Assembly: GCA_002269645.1 (NCBI GenBank)
Contig: NIVC01000085.1
Location: 372,001 to 436,000 of the forward strand
Source of the DNA: Macrostomum lignano
Lineage: Eukaryota
Direction of reading: 5' to 3'
Length of the DNA: 64,000 nucleotides
A program made the translations under genes and the position numbers. Below, in pieces: positions 37,650-51,289 of the stretch. The notes below the pieces were generated by a model. It was not told where the DNA came from. It did not search any database and saw nothing but the letters and a program-made list of their open reading frames with translations. Numbering within the stretch: position 1 is the first letter of the stretch; every line of letters begins with the position of its first letter.

Positions 37650-38450
37650 AAAGGCACTTCATGCAAAGACACTTCATTAAGGACACTTTAGTGCAAATAC
37701 ACTTCATTAAGGACACTTTAGTGCAAAGACACTTCATTAAGGACACTTTAGTGCAAAGACACTTCATTAAGGACACTTTAGTGCAAATACACTTCATTAA
37801 GGACACTTTAGTGCAAAGACACTTCATTAAGGACACTTTAGTGCAAAGACACTTCATTGAGGACACTTTAGTGCAAAGACACTTCATTAAGGACACTTTG
37901 GTGCAAAGACACTTCATTAAGGACACTTTGGTGCAAAGACACTTCATTAAGGACACTTTTGTGCAAAGACACTTCATTAAGGACACTTTGGTGCAAATAC
38001 ATGTCGTTGAGGACACTTCAGAGCAAAGACACTTCATTAAGGACACTTTGGTGCAAAGACACTTCATTAAGGACACTTTGGTGCAAAGACACTTCATTAA
38101 GGACACTTTGGTGCAAATACACTTCATTGAGGACAGTTCAGTGCAAAAACACTTCATTGAGGACACTTTAGTGCAAAGACACTTCATTAAGGACACTTTG
38201 GTGCAAAGACACTTCATTAAGGACACTTTAGTGCAAAGACACTTCATTAAGGACACTTTGGTGCAAAGACACTTCATTAAGGACACTTTGGTGCAAATAC
38301 ACTTCATTGAGGACAGTTCAGTGCAAAGAAACGTCATTGAGGACACTTCAGTGCAAAAACACGTCATTGAGGACACTTAAGAGCAAAGAAACGTCATTGA
38401 GGACACTTCAGTGCAAAGGCACTTTATTGAGGACACTTTGGTGGAAAGAC
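37650..38450. repeat. 30-bp minisatellite (GTGCAAAGACACTTCATTAAGGACACTTTG)
   Basis: Paralogue at 51290-53650 is about three times longer. Confidence 0.95.
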
Positions 38451-38511
38451 ACGCAAAGAATCTCCAGCGAGAGAGAGAGAGTCTCCAAAGAATCACAGCC
38501 TAGTCATAGAT

Positions 38512-41500
38512 CTAGTCCAGCTTAGGCTGCTTAATAAAATGTCCGTCATCAAGAGACAGATTCATCAGGCCTCGTTTGTCCAACTTTCTACTCGCCAGAA
38601 ACTGGTGCTTCATCAGCTCATCCGCTGGCTTGCGCTCGATGCGATTTCGAGCGGTGCACTGGCTGTAGAAATCCTTCAGCTCAACAGAGCAACCGTCACG
38701 AATAGCGGGGGCTCCGCTTCTTTCGAGTCGCACAGCAACTTGAAAGATTGTTGGAACGTCAGCGAAGGGTCGGGAGCCGGTGGCCATCTGGAAGACCGAG
38801 CAGCCGAACGCCCAGATGTCCGACTCTCTGCTGTACTGCGGTCTGTCAGCCTCACCAGCTCCAAGCAGCTCTGGTGCCATGAAGTTCAAAGTGCCTTCAG
38901 GTTTTTGAGTTGTGGCCGAGATGTGGCTGACCGACTGCTCCAGCTTGATTGACAGGCCGAAGTCGATCAGCTTGATGCGCGTGTTGTCGGTAAGGACAAT
39001 GATGTTGGAGCAGTTGATGTCTCTGTGGATCACGGGCGGCCGCCGGCTGTGCAGGTAGAGCAGCGCGCTGCAGATCTGCAAGCGGTCGGTCGACAGTTTT
39101 GAATCTAAAAAAGTCAACTCAATCCAGGCTTAAAATCCAGAAATTCTCACCTGCTTGCTGAAGGAACGAACGGCTGCCTCATCCAGCGGCTTGTTGTCGA
39201 TAAACCTCTCCAAGCTGCGCCCGTCCAGCAGCTCCATGAACACAACGACTGTGGCGGGCTCCGGCTGAGCCATGTGCAAGAACCTGACGATGTTGGGATG
39301 CCGCAGTCGGCACAGGTTCCTCTCGCTCTCAATAGCGCCTTCGATTTTCTTTCTAATAGAATCCAGCTGGTCCCCGAGGTGCACAGGCAGTTTGAGAGTC
39401 TTGGCGGCGCACCTGATGCCCGTATCTGTCAGAACTTCGTGGACTTCGCCGAAACCTCCCCGACCAATAAGTCGACCGGTTTCCCAGTCCTCTAAGAATG
39501 GCGGATGGTCGTCCTCTCTGAAAATCCGCAGTTAAAATGGCGAATTCCTGCATAATTATACTTAAAGTCGTCCATGAGTCGCCCAAGAACCACTTTGAAG
39601 CGTTTTATTGCCTGCGACTTTGAAGCGACTCTGGGGCCGTAAAGTGGTAAGGCGTGCTGTAGAGTCACTGAGTTCTGTTTGAAGCGCATTTGCGTCGCTT
39701 GATGAATCAGAGTCGCATCTCAAGCGAAAGTTAAGCGCCAACACAACGATTCTTGGACGACTCTTTCACGATTCTTTTACGATTCTACAACTGACGTGAC
39801 GCGCTTGTGACGCAACCTTTGAGTCGCTAAAAAGTCACAGGAGTTGCTCAAGAGTCGCTAGAGTCACTAGAGAGTTGTTTGGAATGACTCTTTTACGATT
39901 CTACAACTGACGTGACGCGCTTGTGACGCAACCTTTGAGTCGCTAAAAAGTCACAGGAGTTGCTCAAGAGTCGCTAGAGTCACTAGAGAGTTGTTTGGAA
40001 TGACTCTTTAGCAATTCTTGCCATGGTAAATTTTTTAACGGGATGCATGGCTCTACGAAAAATCCGTAGCAAGGTGTAGAATGTGGAGCACTTCAACTGT
40101 GAATGCCCCGCCTTTACTCAGTACATTTTCAGGCCCCCGAGAATCTTTGCCAGCTTGTCCGCTACCTAAGGGCTACCGGGCGAGCGACCATCCACCTTTC
40201 TGGACTCTCCGGAGGGGGACCGCGCTGCGGACACCGGCACCACCGGATCTCCCGGCTTCGACCCCTTAGGGTATGTGCATATTTTTGGCTTTAATAGTCA
40301 GATTGACTTACGGCAGTTCAAGGGGCTCATCAAAGTAGACTTTGGTTTCGCACCTGAAACAATGATTAATAGATATAATAGAGTGAAAGTACTCAGATTA
40401 ATTATAATAATAATTTATTAAGAGTACACCTTGCACAAATTAGCAGATCTGAAGGCTGCGTACGGCTGCTCAGACCAAGGACTGGGGGTCGCCACACACA
40501 CCCTCAATTACCCCAGCTAATGCTGGCACCCATTTTACAGCTGGGTGAGCTGAAGCAATGCAGAGTTAAGTGTCTTGCTCAAGGAAGGACACAAATTGTT
40601 CTGAGTGCGTCGAGAATCGAACCAGGGATCTTTTAGTCGTAAGTGCGACGCTTTAACTCAGTTGTCGACAATTTTACAGAGATGCATTACAGATCCATAC
40701 AGATGCATCCGTTATTTTACGTTAAGGGCGAGATGAAGAGTCTTGATGATTTCTGCGGGCCAGGAGAGAGTGGAAAGGAGATGGAATGGATGAGAGAGAA
40801 GAAAGAGGATATGAGAGATGAAAAAATAAAGAAGAATTCAGAGGCGAGATGAGAGGAGAGATGAGAAGAGAGAAGAAGGGTGAGAAGATGAGAGGAGAGA
40901 GGAGATGAGATAAGATGAGAGGGGAGAGGAGATGAGATGAGAGGAGAGAGGTGAGGAGACGAGAGGAGAGAGGAGATGAGAGGAGAGAGGAGATGAGATA
41001 AGAGAGGAGATAAGATAAGATGAGAGAAGAGAGGAAATGAGATGAGAGGAGACAGGAGATAAGATTAGAGGAGAGAGATTCGATGAGAGGAGATGAGATG
41101 AGATGAGAGAGGAGATGAGATAAGCGGGGAGATGAGATAAGATGAGAGAAGAGAGGAGATGAGATGAGAGGAGACAAGAGATAAGATTAGAGGAGAGAGA
41201 TTAGATGAGAGGAGAGAGATGAGATGAGAGGAGACAGGAGATAAGATGAGAGGAGAGAGATGAGATGAGAGGAGAGAGGAGAGAAGAGATAAGATGAGAG
41301 GAGAGAGATGAGATGAGAGGAGAGAGGAGATAAGATGAGAGGAGAGAGATAAGATGAGAGTAGAGAGATGAGATGAGAGGAGAGAACTTAGAAGAGACAC
41401 AAACCTTGAGCAGGCCACATTGCTATTGTAAAGTTTCAAAGGACCCGAAGGCCAGATAGAGAGGCATTGCGGGCCGCTTGTGGCTCGCGGGTCGGAGGTT

Positions 41501-42062
41501 GTGGACCCCTGCTCTAAGCGCTAAGGCTACAAGCCATACTACTCAAAAACACAGAGTAAATGCATCTGCAAGAACCTCACCCACGCAGCAGCGCTTCCAG
41601 TTCAGCTTTGCCATTCTCCCTGGCCAAGTCTCGAGCCGTCCTGCCAAGCTGGTCCTCCAGGCTCCAGTCCGAGCCGGAGTCCAACAGAACCCGACAGACA
41701 GCGGTGGCGGCTGACGGGGACGCTGAGATGGTGGCCCTCATCAACGGCGAGACTGATTGCTCATCCTGGGCATTGACGGAAGCTCCAGAGTGCAGCAGGG
41801 CGGAGGCTGCGACAGAGTTGCCGCTCCAGGCAGCGTGATGCAGGCAGCTCTCGGACCACATGTCAGCACAGGTGGGATCTGCCAACTGCAGCAGCTGTTC
41901 CCACAAATATTCGTCACTGCAGTTGCTGTTGCCAGCTGCCCACATCAGCGCGGTGCGGCCGTATTTGTCCGGCAAGTCATAGCCGTCTTGGGTGGCCAGT
42001 TGTCGCAAGCCGGCCGAATTACCAGACGTGGCCAGCTTCAGTTGCTTTCGATTGGCTTTTTC
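38512..42062 (-). pseudogene. Gene B: 5'-truncated duplicate of gene D (ankyrin exon + two kinase exons), reading frame intact; complement join(41581..42062,39151..39517,38512..39075)
   Basis: Near-identical to D exons 3-5; 1413 nt in frame; no upstream exons, which are replaced by the junction at 42063-42168. Confidence 0.75.
39560..40030. repeat. Intronic element with 116-bp internal tandem repeat (2 units here, 5 units at 54986-55565)
   Basis: Unit starts at 39779 and 39895; at 54986, 55102, 55218, 55334, 55450. Confidence 0.85.
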
Positions 42063-42366
42063 CTGCAGCACCAGGATTTAGCACCAAGGGGCTTTAGCAC
42101 CAAGAGGCGCCAGCACCAAGGGGATTTAGCACCAAGGGGTTTTAGCACCAAGGGGCGCCAGCACCAAGTTAGCTCGGACCTTCAAGCAATCAACGTGCAC
42201 TTTAAACCGAATAACTTGCCTCTAGAATGATTTTTTGACATCAAACTTTCGATGTAGGGTTGGCGACTTGGGACACAGGCTTTAGAAACGCGAAAAAACG
42301 CTATTGCGAATCTCGAAGTCACGCAAGCAAAACAGACAAAACCGCTCTCCGAAATCCACTAAGCAG

Positions 42367-43530
42367 AGATCAGACGTCGAACTCGCTCGACGACAGCGAA
42401 GTCGATGACAACGAACTCAGCAGCTTCGGCGACTTTGCTGCCGCTCCCAGCCGGCTGGACCCGCTGGTCGAGAAGCGAATCGAACGGCTGAGACGCGAGA
42501 GCTACCGAGATGAGGTGGAGAATCTGGGCGCAGCTACTGGCGTGGGCTACTACGATCACGGAGACCTTGGTAGGGAGGATCCAACTAGGAATCGCGGTGA
42601 GCAGTCCAACTGAGAATATGGTAGTGATTTGCCTTCGATGGGACAGGCTATCGATGGGACAGGCTATCGATGGGACAGGCTATCGATGGGACAGGCTATC
42701 GATGGGACAGGCTATCGATGGGACAGGCTATCGATGGGACAGGCTATCGGTGGGACAGGCTATCGATGGGACAGGCTATCGATGGGACAGGCTATCGATG
42801 GGACAGGCTATCGATGGGACAGGCTATCGATGGGACAGGCTATCGATGGGACAGGCTATCGATGGGACAGGCTATCGATGGGACAGGCTATCGATGGGAC
42901 AGGCTATCGATGGGACAGGCTATCGATGGGACAGGCTATCGATGGGACAGGCTATCGATGGACAGGCTATCGATGGGACAGGCTATCGATGGGACAGGCT
43001 ATCGATGGGACAGGCTATCGATGGGACAGGCTATCGATGGGACAGGCTATCGATGGGACAGACTACCAATGTAGACAACCTGACTCACAAGCAGGAACCA
43101 CTCAATCGATCCCTCCCCGTCAGAGATTCTCTACAACCAGTCTGATGAGTACGAGTTTCAAGCGTCCAGTGGTGACGCTACCGCGACAGCGGCGGCTGCC
43201 TCCCTGCAGCAGCAGCAGCAGCTGGCCGCCAGAGCGGACGATGACGAACATTTCTACTCCGCGGGAGATCTGCAGAGGTCAAGGAGCAACTCGCCAACGC
43301 TGATGGGCGGCGCATCGGAGTCGGCCTTCGAAAGTGCCGGAGCGTTCGACGCTGCGCCGATGTCGACTTCAACTCCGGCCTCATCGTCTGTATCGCTGTA
43401 CTCGGCATACTCCGAAGATGACGGCAGCAGCTGCTGCAGCGAAGACCAGGTGCTCGACTACCTGGAGGAAGAGGATGATGAAGGGCGAGACTACGCAGAA
43501 AATGCCGGTGCAGACGATCAGGATCAGTAG
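42367..43530 (+). pseudogene. Gene E': 5'-truncated duplicate of gene E (exons 42367..42596, 43124..43530)
   Basis: Close copy of E exons 3-4; exons 1-2 absent. Confidence 0.75.
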
Positions 43531-43740
43531 TTTTCAGTTAGAAACGGTTGATCTCGTCAAAGTTAGTGCTCGTGCTCAAATTTTTCCTAATACCCTTCGA
43601 GAATTCAAATTGGAACAATTGAAAGCGACAATTTATTGTGTAAAAAACTCAAAAAACTGACTGAAATGATAATTTGTCAAAGTTGAGTTCGAAAGTTGCA
43701 TGTAAAAAACTCACACACAGTGAGAGTGAAATTTGGGAAC

Positions 43741-44119
43741 GCTTTCATAAGACCTAAATTTCACAACGCATAAAACTACCACACTTCACAACGCCTAAAT
43801 TTCACAACGCCTAAAATATTTGCACGCTCCTTCACATCGCCTAAATTTCATTAGGCGATGTGAAGGAGCGATGTGAAGGAGCGTGCAAATATTTTAGGCG
43901 TTGTGAAATTTAGACGATATGAAATTTAGGCATTGTGAAGGAGACTTCATTTCTCAATTTTAGAAATTGTGAAATTTAGGCGTTATGAAATTTAGGCGAT
44001 GTGAAATGTAGGCGTTGTGAAATTTAGGCGATGTGAAGTCTTGTGCTTTAGGCTTTGTGAAATTTAGGCGATGTGAAGTCATGTGATTTAGGCGTTGTGA
44101 AATTTAGGTCTTATAAGGC
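43741..44119. mobile_element. Foldback/MITE-like element built of AAATTTAGGCGATGTG subrepeats
   Basis: Termini TTTCATAAGACCTAAATTTCACAACGC / GCGTTGTGAAATTTAGGTCTTATAAG are inverted; shorter paralogue at 36125-36320. Confidence 0.7.
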
Positions 44120-45885
44120 GCCCCCAAAATTCGAATATAAAACGCAACAAAAACCATAAATTATTGGAACTGTTGCGACTGTAATCGCATGTACATTGCA
44201 GCTAGAGAGAGCACTTCTGCACTTGATAAGCAGTCTGCAATGATGTAGAATTGAAAATATTTCTGATTTGGTTATGCTGTAAAATATTAACTGCTGCATG
44301 TTGTTGCCGTGGAGTTTGCAACTGTTTCCGTTTTTGCTCTCAGCTTTAAAGCGTCCGAACTTTCTGGATGCCCCTCGTATGCTAGCAACCAGATTTTAAT
44401 AAAATATTAAAAAATCCGTGGATCTGTCTATTTCAGCTTCAAAGCAGCTAAGAACGTTTACTCTGTCTTGAAGCAGTTGCTTCCTTCTCTCTCAGTGGTT
44501 TTAGCCTAATGGTTAGAGCGCAGTACTCATAACTGAAGGTCGGGGGTTCGATTTCCGATCCAACTAGGAACAAACTGTGTCCTTGAGCAAGACACTTAAC
44601 TTTGCACTGCTTCAGTTCACCCAGCTGTAAAATGGGTGCCAGCATTAGCTGGGGTAATTGAGGCTGTGTGGCGACCCCCCCAGTCCTTGGACTGAATTCA
44701 GCCGTACGCAGCCTTCAAATGCGCCGCGCAATAGCTGCGGCTGAGCTGTCGGTTGCACGCCTGGCCTAATTATAGGGCAGGTGTAATCAATAGAACTCAT
44801 TCTGTTGGTAGCACAATCAAGTTTCCAGTCCCAGAATGAGTCGATGGCGGCATGTAAAAAAGCAAGATGAATTACTGTCACTGATAGGGCTAACAAATAT
44901 ACCTGCTCTACTAACAGTAGTAAAAATAGCTTTTCAGTTCATCTGTTTTAAAATAACAGGTGGTGAGAAAAGCAGGCATCGGACAGATGAAACCAACCTA
45001 ATTCTCATCTTTCGCTATCGCCTGCTATTTGTTTTCAGCAACCACTCGCCATATCTTTTGCGTTCAAACAGAAAAAACCTTTTCTTAACCAGTTAGTTAG
45101 GGGCCAGGATTGAGGACTCCGCGCATACAGTCTAATAAGTGCTTGGACAGAGCCATACCTATACCGCCCTACGAGCGTATGCAGGGGTTGCAAAGTAGTT
45201 TGCATAGCCACTGTCCATTGACTATAGCTGTTTATTTTCAACACTGTCACAAGTTGGTTTATAACTACTGCAGAGTGAGTACAGAAATAAACACAGTCTA
45301 TTCATCAACCCGTCCGTTTAGAGAAAAACGAGTTTAGTATATGAGACGTTAGAGCTTTTTAGTTACAGAAAACTTTATACTCAATCGTAAAATGAGAAGA
45401 AATACGAGTTGTGATTTAAACAAAAAAGACGTTAAATGTATTGATAATTAAGCAAAAAGAGAGCTCAGTTAAGATCGTCGCACCTTTTTATTTTGAATTT
45501 CGAGTGGCAATTGATGAGCACTGCTTATTGGCAAAGAATGGTTGTGAAGTTACTTTAAAATACGTTCCAGTGAAGTTGAAACACCAGACAGTACACAAAA
45601 ACACAAAGAAAAAGTGAGCCACAAATTCACGACTTTTACTGTACTAATGAGGCCGCAACATCAACAACAATAACCCAGCTTTTCAGAATCAATCTCGCGC
45701 ACAAAAAGAATTCCTGACAGTGTACCTGTATGTCGATTAGACAGGCAGGATTCATATTTTTTTGTTTTCATTATGTAAATTACTGGCCGCCAGCAGCTTA
45801 TTTAGAATCGGATTAATAGAAGAAATTGTTTTAATGCCGGCAAACAACATTCGATCGCTTTGAAGTTGAAATGAGAACTGAATCA

Positions 45886-48800
45886 TCAGGAAATGCTGGC
45901 AGCTCTGTGTAGTCTATTCGTCATCAGCCGCATGCGCGTTATTTCACCGCCCGTCAGGAACTGGTGCCTCATCAGCTCCAGGGCCGACTGTCTCTTACTG
46001 CGGTTATGAGTCGTGCAGCTGCGGTAGAAATCCTCCAACTCTTTGGAGCAACCAGGTGGAAGTTTTGGACAACCGTTATTCTTTATCAGCTGGGCTATTG
46101 TTAATAAATTAGATGCGCTATGAAACGGCCTCTGACGGGTGGCCATCTGGTAGACTGAGCAGCCGAACGCCCAGATGTCCGACTCTCTGCTGTACTGAGG
46201 CGAGGTGTCAGCCTCGCCAGCTCCGAGCAGCTCTGGAGCCATGAAGTTATGAGTGCCTCTGGGTGTCTGAGTGCTAGCTAAGTTGTGACTGACTGACAGT
46301 TTCAGTTCGATTGAAAGGCCGAAGTCGATCAGCTTAATTCTCGTGCCTTCGGAAAGCACCATGATGTTGGAGCAGTTGATGTCTCTGTGGATCACGGGCG
46401 GCCGTCGGCTGTGCATGTAGAGCAGCGCGCTGCAGATCTGCAAGATGTTCCATTGATTACTGTAGTTTGAACTGGCCCTCTTATTTAAACGAGTCCTGTA
46501 AAACCTGTGTAAGCGTGTGCATGAGTGCGTTCCTGCGTACCGTATTGGCGCGCTTGAGTTGTATGTGATCAGGAGTCAGCGGAACGCGCTGGTTGTGGGA
46601 ACATGTCGCCGAAGGCGTGATCAAAAGCTCTCCAGTCAATATTATAATTTTTTGAAAGCACAGGAAACTTATTCACCTGCTCGCTAAAGTCTCGAATTTT
46701 GTTCTCAGGCATTGGAGCGCCGTTAATAAATGTTTCCAAGGTCTTTCCCTCCAGCAGCTCCATGAACAGAACGATTGTGGCAGGCTCAGTTTGAGCGATG
46801 TGCAAGAATCTGACAATGTTTCTGTGCTGCAGTCGGCACAGGTTCCTCTCGCTCTTGACCGCTTTGTCGATCTTTGTACGGTCTTGAGCATATTGATCAG
46901 CGGTCAATTGACCGACGGGCAGTTTAATAATTTTCGCAACACACTCGATGCCTTTGTCGGTAAGGACTTTGTAAACTTCGCCAGAGCCTCCTCTGCCGAT
47001 GAGGTCACCTACGTCCCAGCGCTCCATGAACGGCGGGTCTTCGTGTCTGTGTTTAGTTGAATTCGAATAGCGCACAATAATAAGCTTTTATGGAATGGAA
47101 CTATATGAAACAGTCCATTGCCGCTAACCTTGCTCTGTAACATGTCCCTGTACTGTAGCTGTCCCTGTACTGTAGCTGTCCCTGTACTGTAGCTGTCCCT
47201 GTACTGTAGCTGTCCCTGTACTGTAGCTGTCCCTGTACTGTAGCTGTCCCTGTACTGTAGCTGTCCCTGTACTGTAGCTGTCCCTGTACTGTAGCTGTTC
47301 CTGTACTGTAGCTGTCCCTGTACTGTAGCTGTCCCTGTACTGTAGCTGTCCCTGTACTGTAGCTGTCCCTGTACTGTAGCTGTCCCTGTACTGTAGCTGT
47401 CCCTGTACTGTAGCTGTCCCTGTACTGTAGCTGTTCCTGTAGCCTATACATGTGCACTATTTTACCCTCAGCTCAAGGTGTTTAGGGGAACTTACGGCGG
47501 CTTCAAAGGCTCCTCATAGAACTTCTTGCCCTTGTACCTACAAACAGGCAATACGGTGGTCGAAGTGACGCTTTGGTAGGTTAAAAATGTGCATAAAGTG
47601 TTTGAGCCAGAAAAACTGAATTAATTTAATTCTGAACTACAAGGTTCCAAGAAAACTCACTTTTGAAGCAGTTCAACAAGATCTGGGTTCCCATCGGACC
47701 TGATCAAATCCAGAGCCGTCTTGCTGCAGCTGTCCTTCAGACTCCAATCGGACCCAGCGTCCATCAGGATCTGACTGACTTGGACGGCGGTGTCTTTGGG
47801 CGCATAAAGAGCCGCCTGCATGAGCGGTGTGGACTTGCTTCTGTCTTCCCTGGCGTTGGCGGAGGCTCCAGCAGCCAGCAGGATGGAGGCTGCCACGGAA
47901 TTTCCACTGCTGGCTGACCAGTGCAGGCAGGTGCGAGATAAAGTTTCTGCACAGGTGGGGTCGCCAAGCTGCACCAGAACCTCCCACAGAGCCTCGTCAT
48001 TGCAGTTGCTGCTCTGAGCAGCTCTGATCAAGGCGGTGAAGCCGGAACTGTCGGGCAGGTCGCAGTTGGCTCGAGTTACCTTCTGCCGGAGACGAGTCCA
48101 GTCGCCCGCTCTGATCAACTTCTCCAGTTCTCCTTGTTCCGCCAGTTCCTACAGAAAGATACCGTGGACTATTCGATAACAATCTCACAAGTTGCATAAT
48201 AGATACGAAAGTTGCTACTTGCCTTTTCTGTTAGACCAGTGATGGAGTCATAGGCATCAACAGTCAGCCGCATCTCTCTGCAACAGAATAATTGACATTA
48301 TATTCGTAAAGTTTGGTTGCAAAACACAAATAAACAATTCCTCCATCACCTTTTGATATAGTTGGCCAGCTCTGAGTGGCCATTGATCCTTGCCAGATCA
48401 AACGCCGTCCGACCCTCGACATCTTTGAGTCCGAGCAGGCGCTCTCTCACAGAGTTGCTGGGCTTGCCGGCCTGAGGCTTGTAGAACTGCCGCTGCCTCA
48501 GCAGGTGCAGCAGGTGCTTGGCGCATCTCCAACTGCCGGTCCGCGCCGCCTCCATCAGCGGAGTGGCGCCCCGCCGGTTCTGCAGCCACTTCGCATCGAA
48601 CGACAGCAGCATCAGCAGCCGCAGGTGGTCCCGACGGGCTGCCAGGTGCGCGGCCGTGTCGCCCGAGTCATCAATAATCGATTTTTGATTCGCGCCCAGC
48701 TCGAACAAGTACATGACGCACTTCTCAGCTTGAATGGGCGTCTCCGGAGCGTCGGCAACCAGCATGAGGACGGTTCGGTTAGCGGCATCAGGCTTGCTCA

Positions 48801-49238
48801 CCAGCTGGCTCGTTGCCAGCCGCTGCACCTGAGCAAAGTCACCTTGGATGACGGACTGGGCGAGAGTCTCCAGGGCAGCTGTTGAGACTTCGGTGCCTGC
48901 CTGATGATGTGCTGGGAGATCCTGCGGCGTGAAAATTTAAAGTCTCGTCAATAAATTTTTTATTGTAGACAATGTAGACAATCGAGCCCATGGCTACGGG
49001 CCAGATGAAAGTGGAGAGGAGAGGGAATAGAAGATGACAGATGACAGACAAGCGAAGAGGGGAGAGAAGAGTTGAAAAGAGACAAGAGTATTGAGCAGGC
49101 CTGATAGTTAATGTATAAAGTTTCAAAGGATCCGAGGTCCGCATAGAGAGGCTTCGGGGGCCCCTGCTTTACAGGCAAGTCATTTGATTTCAAACTCACT
49201 TCACTGTCTGCAGCAGAGGTCGACTCATCTCGAGACAT
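45886..49238 (-). CDS. Gene C: two ankyrin blocks + STE-like kinase; complement join(49200..49238,48350..48921,48223..48277,47661..48148,46677..47046,45886..46437), 691 aa
   Basis: All splice phases (0,2,0,2,0) match, 2076 nt divisible by 3; GDTAAHLAA, GATPLMEAA, STPLMQAA; GRGGSG, CVAK, HRDINCSN, DFG, GTHNFMAPE. First 39-nt exon tentative; micro-exon uses a GC donor. Confidence 0.85.
47146..47437. repeat. Intronic 17-bp minisatellite (TGTCCCTGTACTGTAGC)
   Basis: In the ankyrin-kinase intron of C. Confidence 0.93.
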
Positions 49239-49684
49239 TACGACAGGCTTATCCGTTTATTTTCCGGGCATAAACTCTGCAGATTTCACTGCGGGGCAGC
49301 AGCCGGACCGGAGTCTTCTCTGCATCAGGCTTATACTATTTGTAGCTTTGTCTGAAGAGCCTCCATGAGAGGTGCGCTAAGAGAGCTGCCTGTGTCTAAT
49401 TGGTCAAATACGAGTAAAATGTTCAACACATGTAATTTTCTGTATCTATCGCTCCTCGCTACTGCAAGTAGACAACTATGCCTTTCTTAATTTAAATAAC
49501 AATTATATATACTCGTAGCGTATAGCTCGAATCATAAACGTCTTCAAAGTCTGACCAGACTGCAGTCCACAAAAATCTCACGATACAACTTTTTAGAATT
49601 TAATTGTCCTTGAACTTGATGTTGGATGGAGTAGAATCCCGGCTCAAGTTCTCATGGCATCATCTTGAAACCATAAAAGTTTGA

Positions 49685-50340
49685 GGTGATGGAGAGCATG
49701 ACTCAACCATCTCAGTTTGAGGTGATGGAGAGCATGACTCAATCATCTCAGTTTAGGGGTGATGGAGAGCATGACTCAATCATCTCAGTTTAGGGGTGAT
49801 GGAGAGCATGACTCAATCATCTCAGTTTAGGGGTGATGGAGAGCATGACTCAATCATCTCAGTTTAGGGGTGATGGAGAGCATGACTCAACCATCTCAGT
49901 TTAGGGGTGATGGAGAGCATGACTCAACCATCTCAGTTTAGGGGTGATGGAGAGCATGACTCAACCATCTCAGTTTAGGGGTGATGGAGAGCATGACTCA
50001 ACCATCTCAGTTTAGGGGTGATGGAGAGCATGACTCAACCATCTCAGTTTAGGGGTGATGGAGAGCATGACTCAACCATCTCAGTTTAGGGGTGATGGAG
50101 AGCATGACTCAACCATCTCAGTTTAGGGGTGATGGAGAGCATGACTCAACCATCTCAGTTTAGGGGTGATGGAGAGCATGACTCAATCATCTCAGTTTAG
50201 GGGTGATGGAGAGCATGACTCAATCATCTCAGATTTATGATGATGGAGAGCACGACTCAATCATCTCAGATTTATGATGATGGAGAGCACGACTCAATCA
50301 TCTCAGATTTATGGTGATGGAGAGCACGACTCAATCATCT
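49685..50340. repeat. 37-bp minisatellite containing TGACTCA in 15 units
   Basis: Unit GATGGAGAGCATGACTCAAYCATCTCAGTTTAGGGGT; TGACTCA at 49699, then 49735 to 50216 every 37 bp. Confidence 0.95.
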
Positions 50341-51289
50341 CCGAGAGTAGATCGGGGGTTCGATTCTCGACCCAACTCGGAACAATTTGTGTCCTTGAGC
50401 AAGACACTTAACTCTGCATTGCTTCAGTTCACCGAGCAGTAAATGGGTGCCAGCATTAGCTGGGGTAATTGAGGCTGTGTGTGGCGACCCCTCAGTCCTT
50501 GGACTGAACAGCCGTACGCAGCCATCAGATGCACTGCGCAATAGCGTCTTCAATTATTACACACAGCTCTGCACCAAGAACTAAAAGCAACATCGCTTAG
50601 CAATTGAGACTAATATTTAACGGTAATGGATAGACAATAGATTATACAAAATTGAATCTTTCTGAGAGAGAGAGGAGAAAAAAAAAGTGAAAAGGGAAGA
50701 AGGCGACCCGAGTTTTTGTCAATGCAACACTGCATTCCGACGGCTCCCGTGCATTTCCAACAGAGCTCAGAAGTGTGAAATCACTGAGGTTCACGGGATC
50801 ACTCAACACTCAAGACTCTATGAAAAATATGTGTCTGCAAAGATGTTTTTAACTTTCAATTGAAAATCAAATTGAAGATTATTCATAATTGATTACTGCA
50901 TATATTTTTATTATTTTCAACACTATCACAGGCGCAAAAAATAATTTGAAAGGAAAAGGAGGCAATTATAAAATATGGTTGTTACATAATAGTGAGACAA
51001 AAATTACGCATCTCTTTTAATAAACTCAAAACTTATGTGCGATTTCAAAAATCGAAAATTCTAAGAAAGAGAGATTAGAATCTCGGGCTCTTGACAACTA
51101 AACATCGAAAAACGACTTTGCAAAACCGTTTAACAATACAAGTTTAAACATATCGGTTCAGGGAGAGAATATTGTAGCTGCCAAGCAGGAGAGCGGAATA
51201 ACAAGTTTTAATATTTTAAATTAAAATATTTTTACTGTGTAGAAATTATGATTTAGGATATATGAACCTGAATACATCACATCAGTGGC

